Of a stretch of DNA of 64,000 bases, positions 24,741 to 38,701 are shown one piece after another. Both the position numbers and the translations under genes were made by a program. The DNA is from Rhizodiscina lignyota (taxonomy: Eukaryota). The stretch is taken from positions 1,984,001-2,048,000 of the forward strand of contig ML978121.1 in assembly GCA_010015805.1 (NCBI GenBank), given 5' to 3'. The notes beneath the pieces are model-generated. The model saw nothing but the letters and a program-made list of their open reading frames with translations. It did not search any database and was not told the origin of the DNA. Each line of letters opens with the position of its first letter. Position 1 is the first letter of the stretch.

Positions 24741-25317
24741 TGTCTTGCATCACCTACCATGGAGGTGTTGATGGCAGGCAATGCGGTCATGCCGGAGGCA
24801 AATGGATGAGCGGAATTCGAGCTGGAGTGAATGAGGCGTAGGTTCCGCGGAGTATGTGTTTTAGGGATGGGCGGTAGTGGGTGCAGAAGGGGAGAGAAGC
24901 TGAATTGGTGTCGAGTGGTTAAGCAACGGTGGATTTTATATTGTGCTAGTGCAGCAACAAACAAAAAGCGCGAACGCCAGGGCCATGCGGGGCTCAGCCG
25001 CTAAAAAACCGTGCTGTCCGTGCGCCACCCCACGTTCAAAAGCCTCGAGCCTCAGGTGCAGCCCTTGTGGAGGTACAATGTTTAGGTTGATGACATGGGA
25101 GCTACAAAAGGAGCACTGGGAGTCCTTCAACCACATTGACCCTTGCGCTCTGGCATACAAACGTTTATCATTACGTTCATTTGGACTGCTCTATTCGTTA
25201 CATTATTGTTCCATTCCCAAGAATCTTGAACGCCGAACCTTTCCACGTCGAAACCCAACCTGATATCGTAACCTAAGCCATCGCTGAAGGAGGCAGCACT
25301 CCCAAGGCCCTTCTTCC

Positions 25318-26587
25318 TCATGTCGCGGCGCTGTACACTTTAAAACTCTTAAACTCCCAAAAGGCCGTCTGGAAAGAAGATGCTTGGAAGGCAACAAAAT
25401 CCGAACACGTCCCAGAGCAGCCTTTGCTGAACACGCTTGCTTGTCCCGCAAAGTCGCCACATAGGTCAATGTTGGCAATGATGCTCTGATTCGTAAAGTG
25501 CTTGCTAATATCGCAGTCGGTCTTTGGGAAGTCTGACAGCGCTTCTCCCCATGTCGATGGATCGGGCGACGTTCCGGCTGTGATGTCGGCTGGGATAGCA
25601 TTCCGCGGGAAGAACCACATGCGGATGCCATCACTACGAAGCTCAGTTGCGTACACTCCGCCTCCGTTCTGATTGAACTCCTGGCCAAAAGTCGCTGTCG
25701 AACCCTGAACTCCGCATCCCTCGTTACTGTCGGTTTGATTCCAGCAGTCTTTCGCCAAGGTCTTTCCAGTCTGCTTTCTCTTTCTATCCATCTTGCATCC
25801 TTCCGTCGTGTGAAGTGTCATTTGATTCCCTGTATTTGCCAAGTTTACTGCTTCCATTACGTCGATTTCGCCTTGCAAAGGCCAGGTATCTTGGTCGCCA
25901 TAAAGCCAGAGCGCTGGCCACGTCGAGCATCCATAAGGCTGACAATCTAGTTAGCAAGAGGCTGTAGGATATCCGGGAAAACCCTACCGAATTGAGAACA
26001 TCGAATATGAAGAGACCAGAGTTGTACTGCTTCTTCGATGAGATTCTTGCGGACTTGCGTCCGGTGGTTGCGTTCGTGTCTGTCGTGTCGACACGAAGAA
26101 TTGCGGAGTTTGCGCTCGCGAAAGTCAAGTTCAAGGATTCAGAGCCCGGTTGGTCAACGTAGTGAACGAATCCGTGAGCTGGATCGAATCTGCTCAGCTG
26201 TCAGAATTTTGGTTCGTCCAGTACATGGAGGAAGTGCTAACCCAGTGAAATAATCGAAGTTATCGAAGAATGTACTCCCGCTGTCTGTTTCATGTGTCAG
26301 TAAAGGTTGGTCTGCTGTGGCTTTGTCCAATTATGCTTACAGTCATCCTCCAATGTATAATTCAATCTACTGTATGAAGGATATGCGTTGTTCCTCACAC
26401 CAACCACAGCGCCTACAATGATTACCACAATCAAGACCACAGCTCCCAGTACAACACCTATCCAGGTCTTTTTGCCCCAGTTCCTCGGATGCCATGATGA
26501 GCCTTGAGGCGTTGTGTATGGATCATCAAACCCATAGGCAGGCGGCGCGTCCCTCGTGAACGATGAGATTTGGTTCCCTTTCTCCAT
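25318..26587 (-). CDS. GH16 endo-1,3(4)-beta-glucanase with N-terminal transmembrane anchor
   Basis: Catalytic GEIDVME motif; DPAHGFVHYV, GRKSARISSK, GGGVYA, NIDLCGD; TM segment IGVVLGAVVLIVVIIVGAVVGV. Several introns. Confidence 0.9.
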
Positions 26588-27378
26588 TTCAAAGTTGAAT
26601 TAAACGAACGATAATTGGGAAGAGTCGAAATCCAGAATGTAAAGGAGGTCCAGCTCCTACGTCCTCCTTTCCTCAACAGATATGAGATAAGCTCCTCTAT
26701 TGATATCGAGACTGTCACGGTGCTGTGGGTATCTGAAAGGCTGGTGTTTTCGAAAACGAGAGTATCTGCAAAGTCCGCAGTTGAAAGTGTGCGGATTGCA
26801 CGGTCTAGTAATACAATAGATAAATAAAGAAAAACATAGATTTATCGGCCGGCGTGAGATGTGGATACGGCGTTGCGCGGCACCTGCTACAGGTCCCGCA
26901 TTTCTTTGGCTCGATCCTGGCAACATGGTGGGATGTGGCTAGTGCCGGTCAACCTCGACGCGCAATGCATCAGAGCTCGGCATTGTGAGACGCTTTACGC
27001 TCTGTGGAGGACTACGAAGATCCGTGCTAACGGAAAAGGCCTTAAGCGAGAGGCGTCATTTGCTAGTGTTCGTTTCACCTTCGAGATTCCTAACAAGACT
27101 TCGTTTTCTTGTCATTTTCTTGTCGGCCCGGTTCAGGAGGTGTGGCTGTGCAAAACGCAACTGTACAGAAGCAGCAACATTTAGAATCAGACAAAGTGAC
27201 TGCTCCCTCCTTGCCTCGCTCGGAACACCCACCGCCCTTGGCGTTGGGATATATTTGTGTGTGAGCCACTTAATCGCCCAGAAGGTATTTACAATGTCCT
27301 TCTCAAGGCCCCTGGCTCTGGCCACTTCAGATCGGGGCTTTGGTGATCAATTGTCTATTGTCATAAGCAGAGGTCAAC

Positions 27379-28252
27379 TCAATGCAACGAGGAGATACCG
27401 ACCTCGAATCTGGCGTGCTGGTAGGTAGCAACTTTCGGTTCTTCAGTATCTCTCTGCCAGATCTCTGTTCGCCGGAAAAATAGTTGCCCTCGGTCTCGTG
27501 GAGTGTAGTAAAACACTGAAGGGTCATCTTGTGCGATGGCCCAGTTTGTATAAAAGCTTTTCTCAATCTTGTCGAATGGAAGAAGTTGTTTTCGCTGCAT
27601 AATACTCTTTGCTCTTCGAACTCCGTCTGTTTCCCGCACCAGTTCATGGGGGCAGTACAGCTTAAACGCTTCTAGTGAAGTAATTGGTTCCACCCGTTGG
27701 GGATAGTAGTCCAAGAGACCTTTGAGATGCGGATCAAGCGCGGAAAAGCGGTCTGCTCGTGACTGCATATGTGCTTCGAGCTGGAAATTCCTCGCGTTCT
27801 CGAGATGCATGATTATTGAGTTGAGAACGTAGTCCAAGGTAGTGTCCCTACTATTAGCCAAGTTAATCCACTCAAATGCAATAACTGCCGAGCCATAGAG
27901 CTTCAGGAGAGGAACCAGGCTCAAAAACCATGCCCCGAGTTCAGGTGGCGTCTTCGGATAGCGCCGAAGCCATATCAACAGCTGCTGATCGCGCAGCAAC
28001 TTGGAAATCAGATCTAGATATTCGGAATTCATTTGACGATTGACGCGCAAAACTTGCGGTTCCGGAAATAGAGGGACATAAACAGACTGGACGCAGTGTG
28101 GCGAATACCACTGTGTACCAGGCTGAACGAGCATCTTTTCCGAACCCATAAGCTCAGCGTAGATCAAGTCTCGAAGTTCTCGAGGGAGCTCAAAGAAGGG
28201 TGAACCTCGTTCAGGAGGTCTTTCAGATTCCTTTGCGGTAACAAGAGGCATG
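27379..28252 (-). CDS. Hypothetical protein with N-terminal F-box-like LPxELRxxIY motif
   Basis: SPFFELPRELRDLIYAELM and PQVLRVNRQMNSEY motifs. Start uncertain (MPLVTAK at 28252, or 28377). Confidence 0.6.
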
Positions 28253-28811
28253 ATCGTTTCCCAGCGGGCTAGTATAGGAAGTAAGTCTCTTAATCTTGCT
28301 TGCTTGCCAGTAGGGTCTAGACACGTACTCGAAGAAAATGGTTCTTTCTGTTTTGGAACTAGGTGTGTAGAGTACATTATGAGAGCAGATGCTGGGTTAA
28401 TGTGCGGTAATGCAGGCTTAGAAGTAGAGTCTAGGCACAGAACTGCAATGTCAGATGAAGCTCTCTGTCCTTATCGAAGAAACACTCGATTTTAGGGAGT
28501 CGAGCCATACACAAGTGTGCTGTGTCTCTGAGAATACGACAGACAGGAGAGCAGGTCGTTATAAAACAGCAGTTAAATATGGGTCGGGAGGTATAAATAT
28601 GCTATTGAGTGCGGCTATAATGGAAGTGATGAATTGGAATTTAATCTATGAAGTATGTCGGAAGAAGAGTTGTTGCCGCAGACCATGTCTACGGAGTACT
28701 TACAATTCTGCTTACGTGACTAAAAGCGCCCGTTGCAGTCCCACTTTTTCGAAGCTGAGTAGCTTTCCTCGGCATGAAGATGACGGCGTCGCTTTCTGCG
28801 CAAGTATACTA

Positions 28812-30604
28812 ATGTCACTCTACTATGAGGCAGCAGACATCTTGACAAATGCCAAAGGTGCAGGCGGCTCTCTAAAATCGCGCGTGTACCGAAAGAGCGA
28901 CTTCAAAAGCAAGCCGGCGCAAGTGTACGCTCTCGCCAGTGAGGCAGCCAAATGGTCTCCGGTGTTGAAAGAGGTGGTTGAAAAGAGTGGAATTCTCGAG
29001 GAAGAGAAGAAGGTATGTCAATTGGCTCCAGAACAAAAGCAATCCACTGACATTCTTCCTCGTACAAGCTCACTGCCCTCCTTGCTTTACTCCTCACCCA
29101 CGACCTCTTACTCTCCAAGAACGGCGTAGCTGCTCCATCGAACCACCCACTAAAGGTCGCCATCACGAGACACAAGACGCGCCTAAACGCCGAACTGATA
29201 AAAACAAGGGTCAAGCTTGGGTTCGGCGATGTCAACGCGCTTCGCGCTCATATAGAAGGCAAAGGATCCAGTGTCGACAACATGAAGAATGGCACAAGCA
29301 GAGGAGGACATCCTCGATGGGTGCGAGTCAACACATTGCAGTCTTCGTTAGACGAGCAATTAGCAAATACGTTTGCCAAGTACGGTCGCAAGGAAAGCCT
29401 TTCTGAAATTGCCTCAGCATCGTCGTCCGAGAAAGTGCTTCATGTAGACGATCACGTCCCAGATCTCATTGCCCTGCCGCCCGGAACTGACATTACAACC
29501 ACTTCAGCCTACAAAAATGGACATGTAATCTTACAAGATAAAGCGTCTTGTTTTCCAGCTTGTCTCCTTGACCCTCAAAGCCTTGGGGGGCATGTCATTG
29601 ATGCTACCGCCGCGCCGGGGAACAAGACGACACATCTAGCCGCTTTGATGGGAGATGATGCGAAAAGCACTGACGACTCCAAGCGAAGAATTTACGCTTA
29701 CGAACGAGATAAAGATCGGGCTCAGATTCTAAATAAGATGATTTCTACAGCGAAAGCATCTCGAACGGTCACCGTTCATAACCAAGACTTCCTCTCTGTC
29801 GACCCCAAATCAGACGCCGTACATGGTGTCAAAGCGGTGCTATTAGATCCCAGTTGCTCTGGCAGCGGCATTGTGGGTCGGGACGATGGCCCAAAAGTGC
29901 AACTTCCGGAGAAAGCGAAAGAGAAAGACTCTTCAAAAACCTTGCGTAGGTCGAGCAGAAAGCGGAAAAGAGCCCCGCAATCGCCTCCTCGGGATTCTCC
30001 TGCTGAGCAGGATGGGCCTCAAATAGAGCAGACGCCTTTGGAGCTCGACAACGAACCATCGTCTCCTCTAGAGTCGCGGCTCCAAGCGCTGTCGACATTT
30101 CAGCTCAAGATGGTCACACATGCAATGCGCTTCCCGTCAGCAAGACGGATTACGTATTCCACGTGTTCGGTACATTCTGAAGAAAACGAGGCTGTCGTGC
30201 TCAAGGCCCTGAATTCTAAGATTGCGCGAGAGCTCGGGTGGCGAATCCTCACCAGGCACGAGCAGGTTGATGGATTACGGAGATGGAAAACCAGAGGTCA
30301 TCATATTGCCTGCGTAAAATTAGCAAAAGAACTTAAAGCCAGCAATAGTAAAATAGCTGACCCGGAGAGACTCACGCCTTACGCGATCCAGCACATCGCT
30401 GAAGCTTGCATCAGATGCGAAAAGGGGACGGCAGACGGAACGATGGGCTTCTTCGTTGCTGGATTCGTGAGAGACATCCACGATGAAGAAATTGAGGCAG
30501 CTTTGCAACGACGAGTTTCGAGTGTGACCCACGAAATGTCCGATGTCGCGCTGGCCGATCAGGACGTGGAGGAGGAGGATTCTTGGGAAGGCTTCAGCGA
30601 TTAG
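28812..30604 (+). CDS. RCM1: 25S rRNA m5C methyltransferase Rcm1/NSUN5
   Basis: MSLYYEAA start; PRWVRVNTL, LQDKASCFPA, DATAAPGNKTTHLA, LDPSCSGSG, YSTCSVH.EENE, GFFVA. One intron near 29013-29068. Confidence 0.92.
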
Positions 30605-30744
30605 TCGAGGAATTGATCTACCTCAACGTAAAGCCTCGAGAAACAGCTAGACCCGATCTTGAGGGAATCAAGCAGATCGGACGGTACAAATACCGAATTG
30701 AACTGATGTATTTACTTGGTCAAACTTATATAGCCGAGACATCC

Positions 30745-33172
30745 TTAGGCAAAGATTGTCGGCCACGACTTTCGAACCTCATTGATGACCTTTGGCAGCT
30801 CTCCATTGACACCTGCAAAGCTGTCGGAATGATCGGATTGCCATCCAAGTCCAAAGCTTAGCACCTGATCCGACAAGGCGGTGTAGTTGTAAGTCGCAGG
30901 GGTGGTCTTAAGAAGGTAATCGACGAAGATTTGCCATCTCGGAACGTAGTAGGATGATATTAGCCCGCCCCACGACTTTGATGCATAGTCATTGATCTCC
31001 GCGTCCGGCCCCCAGAGCGTAATCTGGTTTCGTGCGTTGTACTCGTAAAATGAGGCCACACTTGAGGCGTTAACGCCACTTGCCCACGAGCGTGCTTCGG
31101 CAATCCACTTAGAAAGGAGGTAATTCTCGTTCGTGGATAAGACCTTGTCCAGATCAGAGAGAAGCGCAAGCAATTTGGATCCCGCGTCCCGTATCGCTGC
31201 AGGCTTTGCGTTCGCTGACGACCAGCTGTCAACGAGATGGGTGTAAAGCGTGATGAAATAGTTCGCCATGACTTGTCTTGTGACGTCCACAAAGTCGTAT
31301 TGGAATACCGGATTACTCCATAACGAGGGTTTCGCCCGTGTAGCGCTGTACATCATTGTCCAAGCCTTGGCGAACTTGATGGGGTCGTAGTTGACCGTGG
31401 TCGGATGATGCCCGGTCCTGTTCACCATTCCTGTAATGTTCGGTGAAAGTTCGAGAATGGATTTGGAGACTGCCTGGGAAGTCAAGTTTGTGTTGTTGAA
31501 CGCAGTCGTGCGCATTATCTCCCAAGCAGAATAGAGTGAGTTTGGTACGCTCCTGCTTTGAGAATAGCGAACGCTGACCCAATCACGGAAATACTTCTCG
31601 CTATCGATCGGAGACTTGGACCAGGCTTGATCTAATAGGATGGCGTACATAATCTCATTCACCCCTACTTCTTGACCCTCCATTGTCAACCCATATCCCA
31701 CGAGAGAACTGGAGTTGTGGGCCTGGACGGGATTGATAGTCACGTTATCGAGCTGACCGTAGATTCCTTGTTCATTGTTAGTCCGTGTATCTTTGTCATG
31801 TACAAACACAGTCACATACCCTGATTTCCACCATAGTCGTGGACTTGACACCAGATCCACGGCTTACCAAAGTATGAATCCGTCCGCTGCCATTGGGGCT
31901 GCGATTCAGAGAAAAGGTCGAGGATCAGCATGTCAGAATCCTCTTCCACTCCGCCCAAATACGCCTTGATGCGATCGTTCGTCCAAAAGGCGGAGTTTGA
32001 GAAGAAAAGCCAGCCTTGCATCAACCAAATTGAAGCGGGATCGGCAGCCTTAAGACTTTTCCACGTGTTAAAAGTGACATTTCGGAGATAGCCCAGATCT
32101 CCCGAGAATGGGTTGTTCTCATTGTATTGATCAAGTGTAAAGATATAGGTGATATTGCCATACGCTGAGAGCTGCTTTTGGATAAAGCTCTTCTGTATCT
32201 TGGTGAAATTGGGATCCGAAGGCTCCAGGAAGGTGTCGTTCGTGTACTTCAGAGGAAAGCCGCTCCATTGAGAACCATTGACGATTGCTGCACCGGGAAG
32301 CACCCGAGATATCGCTCTAGGAACAAAGCCGGTGAAAGCAGGCAGGACGGGTGTCATTCCGAGTTCGACCATACGCTGCACAATCTTCTTCTGCAGTGTG
32401 AATTGAGAGTCTATCCATGACTGGGGTAAGGTTCCGCCCCAAGAACCTTGGATATTTCCAAAGCGGTTCCAGGCTTGGAACGCAGGGCCGCTGAGGAAAT
32501 CGAAGATTTCTGAATCACTCAAACCGAGCTCGCGAAACACCTCGACAAGGAATTTCTCGTTGCCGTTCCACGCAAGAGGAAGGTTTACGCCGCGGAGTGC
32601 CAGCCAGTCCAGTTCCAGCTCCCAGTCCTCCCATGACCAGAAAGCAGCAGTGTATGAGAATGTAACTGAGTTGGGTTAGCTAGTACTTGGTACATTAGAA
32701 GCCAGAGTTTCATACCAGTGTTGAAGTGATATCGCCATGGGACAGTGCTAGCTCCACGAAGTGGGGTCCCGAGATGAGGCAGCTTCGAAGGTGTATGATT
32801 TAATTGGCTACCGACGTACCAATAGATGTCGACTTTAAGGACATCTGTTAAATAACGGTGTAAACTAGAAACTCCTTGTTAGATTCACAAGGCTGAGTGT
32901 CTTAGTTGCGGAGGCGTCATTCACCCAACGCTGATAGCACTCAGGGTACTGCCTTCTATTTTAATTTTCCCGTTCGGGCCTGATGTGACGAGATATTGAT
33001 CAAACTCAGATTGATTGGAGTTAGAATGGGTGCCAAAGTCTGTCAAGCAAAAGTCGAAGTTGTTGCGGTGTTGAGGAAGGCGTCGAGCCACCAAGTTATA
33101 GATGCCTTGTACTGATTGACATTGCACAGCTCCAAGGAAGGCTATAACCCCGAAGAGGAAGAAAAAGTTCAT
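30745..33172 (-). CDS. Secreted alpha-N-acetylglucosaminidase (GH89)
   Basis: Signal peptide; YHFNTVTFSYT, GPAFQAWNRFGNIQGSW, DQYNE, HDYGGN, TMEGQE, YNARNQITLWGP, DYASKSW. Several introns. Confidence 0.93.
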
Positions 33173-33911
33173 ATTGTGGAGTGGATCGATGAGCTCCTGT
33201 ATGCAGGGCTATTGCAGATTGTGCAACGCAACGAAGAGGTGTTACGATGAAAGGCTACAGCCCCGGGCATCTTCATCGACGAAAATTGCATTTTCAGTCG
33301 CTCTTGCGGCCTGCCAAACACAGCTAGAATGGGAGCGGCGCAGCTGCAGGCACGAACTGCCCTTTAAATGGCAGCGAACGACACACGTGCATTAGATGCA
33401 CGATACCGGGTGCTCGGAGCTGCAAGGCACATCTCATGGGGTACCTGGCAGCGAAAGGACGCTTTTCTTGACATCAGCGGCGTTGAAAAGCAACAGAGCT
33501 GCTCAAAAGGCCAGATTACAGGGCTGTCGTCACTTTTGTGAAGTTGAATAAAGTTGGGGCGTATGCGCCCACAACGGCGCTCAAACGGCGCTGTGCTTAC
33601 CGACGACTTTTCTCTCATTCCCCCTTCCAAATCGGTTCAATAATATTCGTGTTATTTCATATCTGATCAATACTGTGTTGATATTTAGCCTTCTGGAGCG
33701 TCTGAAGGTCTATATATTGTACAAAGTGCCATTTTGGCGCGCATACTCTGTCTATTGTCTCGAGTAGCCGTGGATCCTCTACTAGAGCGTAGTGCCCAGG
33801 CTCAAGATAATTATGAGAACAACCCTAACCTAATGTGTCACTTGCTAATCGAAATCCAAGTGTCCCTAAGTAAAAACATATGCTCAATATCATGGAAGAG
33901 CACGTGGGGTA

Positions 33912-35698
33912 TCAGCGCCGTAGAACTCCATTGCTTCTACCTCCAGAGGCTCTCTGCTTCCTAACCCACACCTGCTCTCCTTCTGCCAGCTCGATCTTCT
34001 CCCATTCCGAAGTATGTTCTCCCGAGTTGGATCTTGCCCGCGCTTGCTCCCTCACATCGATATCCACAACTTTCGTAATGCCCTCTCCAGCGCTAACGTG
34101 TCTGGCATGATACACAGCGTCGCGTTCGGGATCGGCGGTCCAGATCCGATCTGTGCTACTTGCATCAAGTAATCCAGGTATCGTTTCGCCAGCGCTACTT
34201 GGAGCGCTTAAGGCATCCATTTCCAATGCTATGAATCGAGTATCGCCCCTCTCAGGCTCGTGAGAGACCACCGGGCAGGGAATTGGCGCTTGCTCTATCT
34301 CATCTGTGTCGTCATAGAAGCTTTGCGCTCCGGCATTGTTGACAGCTGGCCCGCCCACGCAGGTCGTAGTTGTACCACCCTGATAACCTTCCCATGGGGC
34401 AGTAGCGCAATTGAGGGCCATTTGCATAGGGTTAACCTGCACAGATGACTTGCGAGAAAATTGCATGCTGTTGTCGCCAGAGCTGTTCAGGAGCGTCTTC
34501 TCATTAGCACTGCGATTCCTTTGGGCGCCCCCTCCACTGTCTGCGCTCCCTCCTGTGGCAGCCCATCCATAGGAATGCGACTGGCCTGATAGCGAATAAT
34601 GTGCAGTCACAAGCGTCTTAGCCTCCTTGAATATCCGTTTGAAGAGCGGACGAAGCGTAGCCAAATTCCCAGCAACGATACCAATACCAAGTTCAACAGT
34701 AGACCAGATTGTTATATTTGCTGAGCTCCCTGTAGTCCATTCCATTAGCCTTACCCTACCAGATTTGGTATGCGCAAAGTGGACTTACAGAAGAATTCTG
34801 TTGCGTTGACCAAGCCCTCGACGTAGAAAAATCGCACGATAGAACAAATACTTCCTGCGGCACCGAGAAGCAGGACAAAACCGACGGAAATCTTGGTTCT
34901 GGTGTTCATCTGCGCATTCCATAATATTGGTAACGGCATCGATGCGAATATGAAATCAGTCAATGTGGTCGTAGAAGCTTGCTCGTAGAGAAGACCCTTC
35001 TGAGCTGGTCTTGAGATACATTGGTCGGCTAGATAATTCACAAGATAGTGCTTTGGATTGCCACAAAGGAAGACAACGATCCTGGATATCTCAGCGGCAT
35101 GCTCGCGTACTGAAAACGTTTAAAAGCTCTCACCAAATGTGTGCAAAACTCACGGCGGTGGATAGAGCCATGACAACGTAGATAGTTCGGCGCTGCCATT
35201 TCCTGGTTTCATTAGAAAATTTGATTGCGACTATCCATTATCAGACTTTGGCCTACCTGATGACAATGCGAAGAAAGAAGATTCCCAGAGAGATCTTGAG
35301 AAACATGAGAGTCGCCTTGTGAATGTCAGCGCAGTCCATTCTACTGTATTTCTAGCGAGACGCACAAGATACAGCGCCTCACCAGCGATGATGAACTGTG
35401 TTAAGTTAGTGGTAATCCATGTCCCTGGGACATTGAAGCGTACATCTATGGCGAACTGCATTCGCTCAATGCTCACGTCCAGTGATCCAGCTCCGAGTGA
35501 TACTTGTTTAATCAGGACGCCAGCGTCAGCTGTAAAAACCATTACGGCAATAGCCATAGTCGCGTCGTCCCAGCCGAGGGAATTGATCATTTTCGTTCGC
35601 ACGAAAATTCGTAAGAGTACCGTCAGCCACGACAAGGCGAGAAAGACGATTACGACCGTCTCTATAACCGGCCCACGCGACTTTGCATCGTGCGCCAT
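33912..35698 (-). CDS. PTH11-like (rhodopsin-domain) integral membrane protein without CFEM
   Basis: VLLRIFVR, LGWDD, FLKISL, DFIFASMPL, ICSIVR, WSTVELGIGIVAGNLATLRPL; long cytoplasmic tail; many short exons. Confidence 0.88.
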
Positions 35699-37210
35699 GT
35701 TGAATGTCGAGTGTAGGCCAATAGGCATTCGGTCGAAGAGCAGCTCAAAGGTAACCCTAAAAGTATGGTGTCCTTCTAGATCGCATCACCAAAGCATCAA
35801 CGGATCCTCCATTTGGCGCGATTAACGCTGTTAATTTGGAGTTGCTTGTCGTGGAGAAGCGTTCGATGTCAATTGAGTATTCGAGAGTGTTCTTGAGGAA
35901 CAGAGCTAATTTCGAAGATTGCTTCGCGGCCGCAACCGCGGAAGAAATGAAGGTATTGTCAGAAATTGAGGAAAGAGGTGCTTACTGCGTCAAGCGGGTC
36001 TCGTTCTATGCAACTTTGCTCGCTATTGGTCGAGTGGCTTGACCTCTACATAAGTGTGGGTGTGGGAGTGATGGAGGGATCGGCCTGTCTGTTTCTCAGA
36101 ACTGGGACACAGAAGAAGGATCGGGACCAAAGGTAAGGTCCATCCGAGGAGGAGGACCAGATCCGTGCTTCGGGTATCTGGACTCGAGAGGTCAATGTGT
36201 GAAGGTGTCGCGGCATGATACTTCAGATAAGGTGGGAAGCCAATATACGTGGCCCGTGGGAGGCATCGAAGAGCAATCGGGCCAAATCACAGTTCAGCTT
36301 CCGGACAGAAGCAGCTCCTCCACTGCAACGGCGGAACATGATTCCCACGATGCTCAACATGCCGTATGTTGTGTCACTCTAAACGCCTCTTACTCGCGTG
36401 TGAGCGCTCTGCTCGGGTACGACCAGGCGCCTGGCGTTGACCAGTACTAGATGCGGCGGGATGCGGTGATCGCTGCAGGTGCTGATGCAAGTGGAATCTG
36501 ACCAATTTTCTGGGAGAGGAGGGAGCCACTCCCCGCTATGTGGTGGTGGGTGGCCAGGATGACATTTCAACCGTAAAGAGACGTTGAAGGCCCCTTTTCT
36601 TTGACAGGGCGAGCGGCGAAAACAGCGCTCTCGTGGTGTCAAGAACGGGTGCACAGCATGCTGCAATCCAGCCTCTCCAACCAGCCACTGCCGATTCCCA
36701 GGTTCAGTCTTTGCGGGATGACTGCGTGAACGTGAGCATGCAGTGGGTAGGAGGTAAAGCCAAGTGACAGGAACCTCACTCAGACGCCTTGCGGGGGTCA
36801 GACGGAGGTCAAATAACAAGCACAAGCCACGAAACGAAGTCGCTTACGATTAGATCGGCCAGCAGATCCGGAAATCTGTACCGCGATGCTAACCTGGGCG
36901 TAAAAGAGCTGTGCGATGATACGCGGTTGCCCAGGGCGCTCCGCGCGTGCAGCTGCGTGTGTAAACATGTCCCCGCGCCAGGCACCATCTCTCATTCGTT
37001 ACCATGTTGACTCCACTCTCCTTCGCTTTGCATCCGTGATGATGAATTGGAGGCTGTCAACGGTCAACAGTCAACGGTCAATAATCTGGAATCTGAACGT
37101 ATGTATCTCTGCGAGTTCCTTCCCGTCTCTTCATGGACGAATTAGAGTGCGCGAAAACTATTTTCCCCTAGCTGGCATCAAGGGGCGTAAACAACACACG
37201 CCACGCCAAT

Positions 37211-38608
37211 ATGCCTGCAAATACCAGACGACGACCGCAAGCGCAAGCCGAGCAATATATGGAACCTCCCTCGGAACCAGACCAGAACGACGAGGCTGAA
37301 GGGCCGCTTGACGTCGAGGAAGATGGGATGGATGACGGCGACGCGGATGAGGAGGCGGACGAGGATGACCAACTGGGTAAGGCAAGCTTTCTTTCTGAGC
37401 GCATCTACATAAATTTCTGCTCGCCCTCGTCCGCTTCAGTCGTCTTCTGTAACTTTGCCCTAGCCTCTAGCTGGTCTCTCAGATCCATCTTCACGATCTT
37501 CGCCGCAGCAGTTTGATGGCTCGTTCGCTTTTCACCTGGTTGCCGTGTAGTCTCCTTTTGCTAGTTCAGGATCTGAAACACAATCCCCCTGAATCCAATT
37601 CACATACACCCTGGTTCCTAGTGCTCTTCTGCACTCTTCTTATCGGCAAGGTCAACTCAGCTACCCCTCGCGTATTTCAGATGAATTTCACATTTACCCG
37701 CTTTTCATTCATGGGTGTAATATGATAGCTCGACTAAGCATGCACAACATGACCCGTCACAACATTTGCCATCATTTTCCGATGCTTATTCAGTTGCGTT
37801 TCCCATCTCCTTTCCAGGTCTCCGGCAGACAGTGGGTCGGATTGCTAGGCTGCGCAACTGGATCTGAGACTGCTCGGCATGTTGAGCGCAAAGCTAAGAA
37901 CTAACGTCATCTTCTGCTTTCACAGAACCTTCAGATCCAGACCCACCGGTCACAGGCCCGCCACCACTACCTCCACACTTTAAAGATATTTCCAGCCTAG
38001 CGTCGTGGACCGTCTCAACGGCCAAGCCAGGTTGCTCAGTACCGCAGTTGCGCGCTCCGTCCACGAGCCTGTTTTGGCAATCGGACGGGCCACAACCGCA
38101 TCATCTGAACATCCATTTCTTCAAACTAGTCGAGATTGCCGGCATCAGGATCTACCTTGACTTTGACCTGGACGAGAGCTATACGCCCACTAAGATCGCC
38201 TTTTTGGCCGGCACGGGATACAACGATCTTCAGGAGTGGTGTGTGATGCAGTTTGAGCAACCGCGAGGATGGATGGACGTCGACTTCAGCGGCGTCGGAG
38301 CCATGGATGGGGAATCTGAGGAGGTGACTGACGAAGAAGACGCGGATGCCAATCGTGCAAAGCAACGGCGCTGGCCCGTCCTCAGGGCCATGTTAGTTCA
38401 GGTTCAGATCAGGGAGAACCATCAAAACGGCAAAGACACGCATCTGAGAGGCCTTCAGATCTTTGCTCGAGAAAAGGGAGTTACAGGGCTTAGGCCGGAC
38501 GGGAGAGAGAGCCATGTGGACATCCCATCGAAACATGTCAATGGCAAGAGAAAGCCAAGGACAAGACTTCCAGAGCCGCAATGGGATGCAGTTACAATGA
38601 TAAGATGA
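37211..38608 (+). CDS. APC10: Anaphase-promoting complex subunit 10 (Doc1/Apc10)
   Basis: LKDISSLASWTVSTAKPG, FWQSDGPQPH, DESYTP, NHQNGKDTHLRG, C-terminal IR tail. Single long intron 37377-37925. Confidence 0.93.
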
Positions 38609-38701
38609 GGGATACGATACTGTAGAATTACCTCTCCTTTCTATTTTGATTCTTTGTTGAGGTATATACCTAATCAGCCTACACGAGCTACCTCTACACG
38701 T

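Noticed and set aside
37036..37096. GTGATGA...CTGA as a second C/D snoRNA
   Set aside because: Only about 7 nt of rRNA complementarity, no clear C'/D' boxes, and the interior is a heptamer repeat.
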